A stretch of 64,000 nt of DNA from a virus. Shown here piece after piece: positions 54,081 to 62,516 of the stretch. Within the stretch, counting starts at the first letter, position 1; each line of letters opens with the position of its first letter. The translations under genes and the position numbers were made by a program. Below the pieces are notes generated by a model. It had not been told where the DNA came from and searched no databases. It saw only the letters and a list, made by a program, of their open reading frames with translations. The stretch spans positions 82,209-146,208 of the IMG/VR virus record IMGVR_UViG_3300019458_000024; one strand, given 5' to 3'.

Positions 54081-54896
54081 GTGGCATCACTGTTTGGCAA
54101 CAGTCTAGGCGTAGATTGGGTAGTTGGGCTTCAAGAGGGTCTGATTACAGATCGTGGATCTTTTATGGTTCATGAAATGGGTCTAGCGTGCCCTCACTGC
54201 CGTACCTCTGATGTTCACGCCAACATGCTTAGGGACGGACAGTCACAGACGCGATCTCCCAATTGTTCAAAATGTGGAGGGGATGGATTTTTGTTTCGCA
54301 GTCCAGACCTTATACGCGGTCTAGCTGTGTCAATCAGACAGCAAAGAAATGTTCATGACGTAGGAGAATCCCAACCTGGTGATATGCAATTTTCTATAGC
54401 ACCCGACTTCGGCGGTTGTGGTTCTAATGGGTTCAGGCGCATCTCACGAGACGATAAATTTACTGCTACATGGGATCAGCCCTTACACGAAGGACAAACT
54501 ATTGTTCGTGGTGCAGCTACCATGAATGAAAATTTGCGTCTATCGAATAATGTTTCTCTAAATGAAGACCGGCTTTGGTATGAACCATCGGATTCTTTGT
54601 GGTGTGAGGACCAAAATGGCGTCGTATATCATAAAGACGCAGATTTTGTACTAGGACCTGGAAAGGTTATTAGATGGGTGGGTAATCAACCAGTTAAAGG
54701 CACTAAATACGTAATTAAATACACTGCTTTTTTTGAATGGATTGTTTGGGCGCCTCCTATGGATCGAGTAGATCGGGATAATAGAGATCTTGGCCCACTG
54801 GTATTTTTACGCAAAAGACACATTGCTTACGTAAATGACTCTCCAACAATTACAGATTTGGATCGTGTGCCATTGTCTACACGAATTACTTGCTAA
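54081..54896 (+). CDS. neck/head-closure protein with zinc finger
   Basis: CPHC...CSKCGGDGF; DRF..; position. Confidence 0.65.
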   Translation: MASLFGNSLGVDWVVGLQEGLITDRGSFMVHEMGLACPHCRTSDVHANMLRDGQSQTRSPNCSKCGGDGFLFRSPDLIRGLAVSIRQQRNVHDVGESQPGDMQFSIAPDFGGCGSNGFRRISRDDKFTATWDQPLHEGQTIVRGAATMNENLRLSNNVSLNEDRLWYEPSDSLWCEDQNGVVYHKDADFVLGPGKVIRWVGNQPVKGTKYVIKYTAFFEWIVWAPPMDRVDRDNRDLGPLVFLRKRHIAYVNDSPTITDLDRVPLSTRITC

Positions 54897-55417
54897 TGTC
54901 ATCGGACACTAAATCAATAGGAATTCCATCAGTTAACACGCAATTTGGACCTGAAGTTCCGAATGTAAATTGGAATACTGTTCGTAAAGACTTTGATCAA
55001 GAAGTCGATGCAATGATGCAAGAGTTTAGTGCCGAACTTGAAAGACAATGGACAGACATGGCTAAAGTCTCTATGGCTAGCTCTGCTGATCGATATATGG
55101 AAGGTGTTTCGTTTAATGTACGCGGCGACAATGTGGATGTGACTATAGAAGGTTGGTTGCCGGTAGCGTTAGAGAGTGGTTCTGATGCTTTCGATATGAA
55201 ACCCGGTCATTTGAAAACTCGAAGTTTAAGAGTGATTAGACTAGAAAAAACCGGAGAATTCAGAACTATGTCTACTAGGTCCGCTCCTTGGAGTTGGTGG
55301 CACCCTGGCATTCAAGCACGCAGTATTGCCAATAGAATGGAATCTGAAGTGGACAACATTATTGAGAAGACAGTAACTCCGCGTGTTGAGGACTTCTTCG
55401 CCAGACAGGAAATATGA
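54896..55417 (+). CDS. neck/tail-completion protein
   Basis: Synteny; RTMS....WWHPGI motif. Confidence 0.6.
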   Translation: MSSDTKSIGIPSVNTQFGPEVPNVNWNTVRKDFDQEVDAMMQEFSAELERQWTDMAKVSMASSADRYMEGVSFNVRGDNVDVTIEGWLPVALESGSDAFDMKPGHLKTRSLRVIRLEKTGEFRTMSTRSAPWSWWHPGIQARSIANRMESEVDNIIEKTVTPRVEDFFARQEI

Positions 55418-56403
55418 GTTTAATGCCTGAATTTATATTTCGTGCTGTAATCGCTCGCGGCATGAGGACTATTCGTCAAGATACTAGATTTCTTGATCAG
55501 TTGTTTAGAAACCTTGATCAACAAAGCGCGGCAGATATGAGAAATTTTATTCTTAATAGTAAAATTTCTATTGATGTTAATTACCCCAGAGACATTCTAA
55601 AACTACCTGCAATTATTATTCTTCTAAAATCTGAGAATGAATCACAAGCGTTTTTGAACGACCAAATGGGCATAGATTCAGTGCCAGATGAAATGACTTA
55701 TGATGATTTTAGTGGGTCTGGATATGATGTATTGGGCGGTGCGGCTTCTGCTTCTGGTATGACAGGTCTTGGGCTCCTAAAGTCTGGTCCGCACCAAGTA
55801 GCAGCAGCCACGAATAACACTATTAGGATTGCAGATTCTCCATGGCGAATTGATCAATGGAAAGTTGGAAAACATACTGCTGCAATTCTTAGTGGCACTG
55901 GGGTTGGACAAAGGCGAGAAATTGTTGCAAACGGCCAAAACAATTTGATGGTATCACCTAATTGGACAGTGAATCCAAACACTACCTCTGTGTTTGAAAT
56001 TAGAGGAGCTGCTGGAGAAATTATAGGCGAGCCTAGAAGTATTTATACAAGAGAGTCTGCGCATCACATTGAAAGATTGGGTGGATACTACAACATGTCT
56101 TACCAAATTCAAATAGTGGCGCAAAACCCAGAATTAGCAATTTATTTGCACGCTATTATTAAATCAATTTTTACACTATCCAGAGTTTTTCTAGAAAGCC
56201 AGGGCATCATAAATATGAAAATGGGTGCTACTGATTTTATTCCACGCACCGAATATCAGCCGGATCACGCATATATGCGCGCTCTAAATATTGATTTTAT
56301 ACATCCGTTTGACGTGTTTGTTGAACTGCAAGGACTTGCTGAGAATTTAAGACTCGTACTAGAAGATTCTATTGAAACAATTCTCAGCGATGTTGAATTT
56401 TAA
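55414..56403 (+). CDS. tail terminator/completion protein with inserted beta domain
   Basis: INYPR...LPAIIILL.SE.E; position before sheath. Confidence 0.6.
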   Translation: MSLMPEFIFRAVIARGMRTIRQDTRFLDQLFRNLDQQSAADMRNFILNSKISIDVNYPRDILKLPAIIILLKSENESQAFLNDQMGIDSVPDEMTYDDFSGSGYDVLGGAASASGMTGLGLLKSGPHQVAAATNNTIRIADSPWRIDQWKVGKHTAAILSGTGVGQRREIVANGQNNLMVSPNWTVNPNTTSVFEIRGAAGEIIGEPRSIYTRESAHHIERLGGYYNMSYQIQIVAQNPELAIYLHAIIKSIFTLSRVFLESQGIINMKMGATDFIPRTEYQPDHAYMRALNIDFIHPFDVFVELQGLAENLRLVLEDSIETILSDVEF

Positions 56404-56409
56404 AGGAGG

Positions 56410-56709
56410 ATGGAAATGGCAAAACAGAAAAAAGATGAAAATATGAATGAAGGTGTTAAAGAAAAAGCAGTTGTGGAAATGAAAACCTCACCTGAGGTTA
56501 AACCTTCCAATGGTACTAAATCACAAGATGACCCTAAACCACAAGATGCCCCTAAAACACAGGAACTAGTTTTTACATTTGATCGTTATTTTTCGTCTCT
56601 AAATAAACCTCTTCACCACAAATCTGGAATGAAGGCATTTCTTAAGGGACGTGTGGCTAATAGTAAGAAAACGGTTGCCGAATGGAACCGATTGTTTGAA
56701 AGATATTAA
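56410..56709 (+). CDS. small tail-region protein
   Basis: AGGAGG SD. Confidence 0.7.
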   Translation: MEMAKQKKDENMNEGVKEKAVVEMKTSPEVKPSNGTKSQDDPKPQDAPKTQELVFTFDRYFSSLNKPLHHKSGMKAFLKGRVANSKKTVAEWNRLFERY

Positions 56710-56734
56710 AGCAGGAATTTCGGAGGAATAAATT

Positions 56735-59068
56735 ATGTCGAGATCAGTATCGTTTAATGGAGTTACGGCTTTCCGTCCAGGAGGGCTAACTCGTATAAAT
56801 GCCAACGCGTTGACTCCTATTGGATTGTCAGCTACTGGTATTGTTCATTTGCTTGGTGAGGCGGACGGAGGTGCTCCTGGTACTGGTGGGGTAGCAATCA
56901 TTGATGATCCTGCTTTGGCTAGGGAAATTTTCAGAAGTGGTCCACTGGCGGATGCAATCAGAGCTGCTTTTAATCCTAGCGGCGATGTTCGTATTCCCGG
57001 TGGTGCTTTCCGAGTAGTTGCTTATAAAACTAATGCTTCAGTTCAGAGCGGTACACAACTACCTGGAGACGAAGCTGAACTCGCAGGAACCGCAGCTGCC
57101 GGGTCAACTACTACAGTGATTAATTGGACTGGTGGTGGTTTGGTAGTTAACGCACACACTGGGCGGTGGTTGCAGCATGATAACCTTTCTGAAAAGAGGC
57201 GTATTGTGTCCAATACCGCAACTGCCATCACTGTTTCTCCAGGTTTCTCGGCTGTACCTGCGGCTGGAAATCCCCTATCCATTCTTGCTAGCCAACTAAT
57301 CCTCACCTCCAAGGATTATGGTGCACATACTAATCAACTTTCTGTTGAACTTGAACCAGGCACTGGTGAAGGTGTAGTTGTTACACTAGCGTTTGAAGAC
57401 ACTGTTGAACAGTCCGGTGAGTTGGGTGGAAATTCTCTTTTGAACCTTAAATACATCGGCGGGCCAGTGTTCGACACTGGTATTGTAGACGTTCTAACTG
57501 CCACTACTTTGAATCTGGACGTAGCTGTTGCACCCGTTCTTAACTCATACGCAGGCATGATTATTCGATTCTCAGACGGCACGCAAAGACTGGTGTTGTC
57601 CAATTCAGCTGCGGATCCTTCATTAGTAACGTTGGCAGTAGGACATGGTCTCAGTACAGAAGATCAATTGGCCCTAGAAGGTACTACCGCTCAGATTATC
57701 AATGTAACGTCTGCTACTGCAAGTATTACAGGCTCTAATGGAGTATCTACAAACCTTACCTCCGTAGTTGCACCTACGGCAGATAACTTGGCAATTAGTT
57801 TTTCTACTCTTGAAATTACTACACTTCGTCAGTTGGTTGACTATATCAATGGTAATACTAATTACGAAGCTAGTATTCCAGATGGAGTAAATCCAGATAC
57901 TACGCTAGCGTCTGAGTATGATTTCGGAGATAGAAACACGGCAGTTGATGTTAGGTTCGATGATGAGATTGATCCAGACAATAAAGGATCTTTTCGTCAA
58001 GATCTTCAAGCAGTTGTAGATTGGTTTAATGACTTTAGCCAACTTGCTGCTGCTGCCAAAGCAACTACTGGAACTGATGAGGGTTCTGAGCTTCCTTCAT
58101 TTACTGGTGGTGTTTCAGGAACCGTTCGTGATCTGCCTGTGTTCTTTGTAGGCGGGTCTCGGGGAACTTCCAGCAATTCCTCATTCCAGGCCGGTTTTGA
58201 CCAGCTACTTCAACTACGCGGTAACCACATCGTTCCTTTGATTTCAGAAAATCTAGAAAATGAAGGTAATGGTTCTAACGCTACTTTTGCTTCAGTAGCC
58301 GCACAGCTTAAAGAGCATGTTAAAAAAGCCAGGACTACTGATAAAAATGAAATGGGTGGATATATAGGTTTTAAAGGTACTAAAACTCAGATTATTGCCC
58401 AGGCAGCTGCGTTTAACGACACTGATGTTCAACTCATCCCTCAACAGATGAGTTTCTTGAATGTTGATGGTGACCTTACTACCTTCCCAGAGTGGGGTTC
58501 TGCTGTGGCAGCTGCTGGAATGCGGTCTGGTACGGTTGAAGTAGGTGAACCACTTACATTCAAAACTATCAACACTTCAACACTGCTTCAGGATTCTAGT
58601 TGGAGTCCTACTAGCAGAACAGACGCAAATCAGCTTATTCAAGCAGGTGTAATGTTTGCAGAAGTTACTAATTCTGGTGTTGTTCGTTGGGTTCGTGACA
58701 TTACTACCCATATTCAAGATGACAACATTGCCTTTATTGACGGCAATACCCGTGAAGCGGTGCGCTTTGTCGCCTTTGATCTTCGACAATTCTTGGAAGA
58801 CCGATTCACTGGTGTGAAGGCTACTCCAGCCAATGCAGCATCTATTAGAGACTCTGTAATGGCTAAAATGGCAGAGTTTTTGGACAACAACATTATCGTA
58901 CAATCCTTGGATCCGGAAACTCAGTCCAAGGTGTTGCCAGGCTATAGGAATCTTCGTGTTTTCATCGAAGGTAACGTAGCCACTATTAGAGTTGAAATCT
59001 TCCCAGTTACTGGAATTGTGTTTCAACTCACGGATATTTTTCTTAGTCTTCCCAGAATTGCTGCGTAA
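56735..59068 (+). CDS. contractile tail sheath protein
   Basis: RPGG, LGEADGGAPG, FRSGPL, GEPLTFK, sheath C-terminal domain. Confidence 0.93.
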   Translation: MSRSVSFNGVTAFRPGGLTRINANALTPIGLSATGIVHLLGEADGGAPGTGGVAIIDDPALAREIFRSGPLADAIRAAFNPSGDVRIPGGAFRVVAYKTNASVQSGTQLPGDEAELAGTAAAGSTTTVINWTGGGLVVNAHTGRWLQHDNLSEKRRIVSNTATAITVSPGFSAVPAAGNPLSILASQLILTSKDYGAHTNQLSVELEPGTGEGVVVTLAFEDTVEQSGELGGNSLLNLKYIGGPVFDTGIVDVLTATTLNLDVAVAPVLNSYAGMIIRFSDGTQRLVLSNSAADPSLVTLAVGHGLSTEDQLALEGTTAQIINVTSATASITGSNGVSTNLTSVVAPTADNLAISFSTLEITTLRQLVDYINGNTNYEASIPDGVNPDTTLASEYDFGDRNTAVDVRFDDEIDPDNKGSFRQDLQAVVDWFNDFSQLAAAAKATTGTDEGSELPSFTGGVSGTVRDLPVFFVGGSRGTSSNSSFQAGFDQLLQLRGNHIVPLISENLENEGNGSNATFASVAAQLKEHVKKARTTDKNEMGGYIGFKGTKTQIIAQAAAFNDTDVQLIPQQMSFLNVDGDLTTFPEWGSAVAAAGMRSGTVEVGEPLTFKTINTSTLLQDSSWSPTSRTDANQLIQAGVMFAEVTNSGVVRWVRDITTHIQDDNIAFIDGNTREAVRFVAFDLRQFLEDRFTGVKATPANAASIRDSVMAKMAEFLDNNIIVQSLDPETQSKVLPGYRNLRVFIEGNVATIRVEIFPVTGIVFQLTDIFLSLPRIAA

Positions 59069-59736
59069 TTTATCCGTGAGAAAACTACAACTAGCGGGCC
59101 AAACGTTTGGAAAATGGCTTGTAATAGAAAGCACAGACAAACGCGTTAACGGACGCGTGATTTGGTCATGTATATGTAGTTGTGGGCGCACCGGATTGGT
59201 TATCAGTAGTAATTTAGTGAATGGTACATCTACACAGTGTGTTCATTGTGCTGCTGTTGAACGCGGCAGTATCAGCCGGCATGGGCATACGAAAAATAGA
59301 CGCGCTACGCCTGAGTATGTTATTTGGCGTGGCATAAAACTAAGATGCTACAATAAAAAACATTCAAGTTTTTTGGATTATGGTGCGCGCGGCATTTATA
59401 TGTGCGATCAGTGGAAAGTTAGTTTTGAGACATTTCTCTCAGACATGGGTCCACGCCCATCACCAACACACCAAATTGATCGAATAAATAATTATTTAGG
59501 CTACACCCCAAGTAATTGCAGGTGGGTATTGCCTAAAGATAATCAACGTAATCGTAGAAATAACAAATTAATTACCTTTAAAGGAGTTACAAAACCGCTA
59601 TCGGAATGGGCGGAATCATGTGGAATAAAATATAGCACATTTCGTGCGCGCATAAGGGTAGGTTGGGATATGGACAAAGCTCTTAACACGTCCGTAAAAA
59701 TACTTGGTATACCAATTGCCTAGAATTGCTGCATAA
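59048..59736 (+). repeat. recoded direct repeat of the sheath 3' end (LPRIAA*) flanking the HNH gene
   Basis: CTTCCCAGAATTGCTGCGTAA at 59048-68 versus TTGCCTAGAATTGCTGCATAA at 59716-36. Confidence 0.8.
59076..59723 (+). mobile_element. free-standing HNH homing endonuclease
   Basis: GQTFGKWLV..WSCICSCG, YGARGI, IDRINN..GY.PSNCRW, C-terminal HTH. Confidence 0.88.
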
Positions 59737-59828
59737 TAAAAACTTGCATATATTTAATGCTTGAGTTTAATATTAATGACTACTAGTAGAAACAATAACT
59801 TAACCACTAATTAGAGGAATAAAAAACA

Positions 59829-60209
59829 ATGGCTAATCTAACTGATGCCCTTCGGGGCGCCCTAAGTCCGGAAAGTCTTTCCGAACTAAATAACGCGGCA
59901 ACGCGTAATTCGGAAGCGTCTCAAATTGAGACTAAGACTTCCGGTGCCTGCAGTCCAGCTGTAGGTCTTACCCTTGTGAGTGTTACTGGCACTCAAGCTT
60001 ATACCTTGGCAGCTGGTGCTCGCGCTGGTCAACGGAAACAGTTCCGCGTGACCGTGGCGGCTTCGACGCCAGCCGGCACCCTTACTCCAGCCAGTTTCGC
60101 AGATGGTACTAGCATTAGTCTAGACGCCGTGAACGAATACTGTGAGCTTATGTGGACTGGCACTCAGTGGCGTCTTGTTTGTATTGTTGGCGCGACTGTC
60201 ACTCCGTAA
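59829..60209 (+). CDS. small tail-region virion protein
   Basis: AGAGGA SD; Ala/Thr/Gly-rich. Confidence 0.75.
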   Translation: MANLTDALRGALSPESLSELNNAATRNSEASQIETKTSGACSPAVGLTLVSVTGTQAYTLAAGARAGQRKQFRVTVAASTPAGTLTPASFADGTSISLDAVNEYCELMWTGTQWRLVCIVGATVTP

Positions 60210-60230
60210 TAATTAATAATTACTAAAACT

Positions 60231-60268
60231 TAGGCACCTAGGAGGTTTTCTTAGGTGCTTATTTTTTT
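60231..60268 (+). terminator. rho-independent terminator
   Basis: TAGGCACCTAGGA/TCTTAGGTGCTTA stem followed by T7. Confidence 0.8.
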
Positions 60269-60433
60269 ATTTGACCTTTGTAGGTATTTAAGCTAATTTA
60301 TAAGTGTCTGTACGGCAATGCGCCGCAGCAATTAGCAACTCGCGATCTCCGTCCCGTAGTTGTCCCTTTTAAAAAAGTGATAGTTAAATTCTTAATATAT
60401 TAGGGATTTTTAGGTTTGACGGAGGTAATTTAG

Positions 60434-60850
60434 ATGGCGAGTAATGTGTTTTCCGGCAGTAGGGCAAGATTCAAAGTTAATGGATCTGTAGTTGCCTTTG
60501 CTGGTGGTGTTTCAGGTTCTGAGTCGGTTGACTATGAACCTGTAGATGTTTTGGATCTACTTGAAGTTAGGGAGTTCGTACCGGTGGCGTATCGGGCAAC
60601 CCTTAATGCCCAAGTTTTCCGAGTTATTGGTTCTTCGTTGAAACAGCTCGGTATCTTTCCGGTTGAGGAGAATATTCTCACTAGTGGAGATCTTGACTGC
60701 TCTATTGAAGACCGAATTACTGGTTTGACTATGGCTACATTCCAGAACTGTAAGGCCCAAGAGCATTCTTGGGACGTTACAGCTCGCGGGATTGTTAGCG
60801 AAAACGTAACCTTTGTAACCATCAGAGTTCGTGATGAGAGCGAAGTATAG
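60434..60850 (+). CDS. tail tube protein
   Basis: GGAGG SD; FSGSRA.F.VNG...VSGSE..DYEPV; follows sheath. Confidence 0.85.
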   Translation: MASNVFSGSRARFKVNGSVVAFAGGVSGSESVDYEPVDVLDLLEVREFVPVAYRATLNAQVFRVIGSSLKQLGIFPVEENILTSGDLDCSIEDRITGLTMATFQNCKAQEHSWDVTARGIVSENVTFVTIRVRDESEV

Positions 60851-60898
60851 GTAATTATTAAGTTCACATCTTCTTAGTTGAGTAGTATTCTTGTTTAC

Positions 60899-61567
60899 AT
60901 GACACAATCATGTAAACCTAAAAATTGTAAAGTGTGCTCTATGGAATTCCAACCTATATCCAGAAACCAAATGCGGTGTCAAACATGTATTGTTAATAAT
61001 GTACATAGTTTGACACCTCCTCTTTGCAAATGTGGTTGTGGAACTCCTCTAATCTATAATCGCGGTCGAAAAGGTTACGGTGAATATTCCTGGGGACATC
61101 GTTTAAAGCATGATCTAGAAATCAATAGACAAGAAACTATTGACTCAATGTCACACGCCAATCCTCGCAAAGGAAATATTACTTATTACGAACACAATTG
61201 TGACATGTGCAGTGCTTTTTTTAGAAATCAATTCAAAGAAGCAAAATATTGTTCTCAGAACTGCTATCACGCAGAATACCGTGGTGAAAAACATCCTTTT
61301 TACAAACATGGAAAAGGACGAACTAAATACAAGTATTACACAGAAAATGGAGTATTAAAAAGAGTGCATAGACGCGTAATGGAAGGAATGATTGGTAGAC
61401 CTTTGCGCTTTGCAGAAGAAGTACACCATATTGATGAAGATGGATTGAATAATGAACCTAACAACTTGCACCTATTCCACTGTCGTGGATGTCACATGTT
61501 TCACCACAGTAGAAAGGCCCCATTACAGTATGAATATACTGAAGCGCATGAAATTCCCAGTAACTAA
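60899..61567 (+). mobile_element. free-standing HNH endonuclease with Zn fingers
   Basis: CKCGCG, CDMC..KYCSQNC, VHRRVM...VHHIDEDGLNNEPNNL. Confidence 0.85.
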
Positions 61568-61591
61568 CAACAACAGAAAGAAAATATATCT

Positions 61592-62080
61592 ATGATTGGC
61601 AAGAATACAAAGACATTTACTATAACTTATAAAGATGACAATGGAATAGAGCAAACTGGTCAATTTACGACTAAGCGCCTTTCCATTAAAGATCGTGCAA
61701 AAATTGGTGTTCGCAAAAGTCAACTAACTGGCGGTCAGTACTGCGTTAAAGATGATGCAGGAAATCCAACAGGTCAGGGGATTGATGAAGATACTGATTA
61801 TTTGAATGCAATGATTGCTCATCTTGAAATCAGTTTAGTTCAAAAACCAACTTGGTTTAACTTGGATGAAGTTGCTGAAATAAAAGTAGTCCAGGATGTT
61901 TACCAGGAGGTGATGGACTTCGAAATGTCCTTCTTTCGTGACAAAATCAGGGAAAATAATCCAGGGGAACATGACAGAGTGGGCCAAGGAAACAGCGGCA
62001 CAGAATCTTCGGGAACCGGACCTGGAAACACTCCTACGCCGGTGGTGGACCAAAAAGTACAAGCTGCCTTGGACGCATAA
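61592..62080 (+). CDS. tail assembly chaperone (G-like)
   Basis: Between tube and tape measure; KRLSIKD; low-complexity tail. Confidence 0.75.
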   Translation: MIGKNTKTFTITYKDDNGIEQTGQFTTKRLSIKDRAKIGVRKSQLTGGQYCVKDDAGNPTGQGIDEDTDYLNAMIAHLEISLVQKPTWFNLDEVAEIKVVQDVYQEVMDFEMSFFRDKIRENNPGEHDRVGQGNSGTESSGTGPGNTPTPVVDQKVQAALDA

Positions 62081-62516
62081 TAGCGTACAAGGATCAACTC
62101 TCGAAGATCTTTTAGTCGAGTACTATGAAGACTACTTTGAGAAATATCCAAATGAAGCAAGAAAAGCACTGTCCGGAGATGATGGATTTTTCTTCTCTAA
62201 CACTGGAGATCCACTAATCGATAAGTGGGAAGAGGAGCTAGCCAAAGGAATACAACCTGACCTTGAAGAAGGTCTTAACCAACAGACTAGAGAACAGCTT
62301 AAAAAAGAAAGATCAAAATATAGTCAAACAAATACAATACTATCAGAAATAGAAAAGCCACACCAAAACCCACCCCAAGACGCGATGTATGCTAGTAAAT
62401 TTGTTACACCAGGAAGCCAAGAAGAAAAAAGACTTCTCAAACACAAAGAACAGCAGAAATTCCTTGGGGTGGGTAAATCTTCAAACGATTGGGTTGATCT
62501 TTTAGGCGACGAATAA
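61938..62516 (+). CDS. second tail assembly chaperone (T-like), overlapping in the +1 frame
   Basis: Overlaps the upstream ORF by 143 nt; LRRWWTKKYKLP; alternative ATG at 61971. Confidence 0.7.
   Translation: MTKSGKIIQGNMTEWAKETAAQNLREPDLETLLRRWWTKKYKLPWTHNSVQGSTLEDLLVEYYEDYFEKYPNEARKALSGDDGFFFSNTGDPLIDKWEEELAKGIQPDLEEGLNQQTREQLKKERSKYSQTNTILSEIEKPHQNPPQDAMYASKFVTPGSQEEKRLLKHKEQQKFLGVGKSSNDWVDLLGDE

Noticed and set aside
59051-59718. Group I intron in the sheath gene (T before, G at end, in-frame exon 2)
   Set aside because: The HNH ORF fills almost the whole interval, leaving no room for a ribozyme core, and the sheath is already complete without splicing.
61905-61914. Perfect SD AGGAGGTGAT as initiator of the second chaperone ORF
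   Set aside because: The nearest start in that frame (GTG 61938) is too far away, and the spacing fits neither prfB- nor dnaX-type stimulators; probably coding coincidence.
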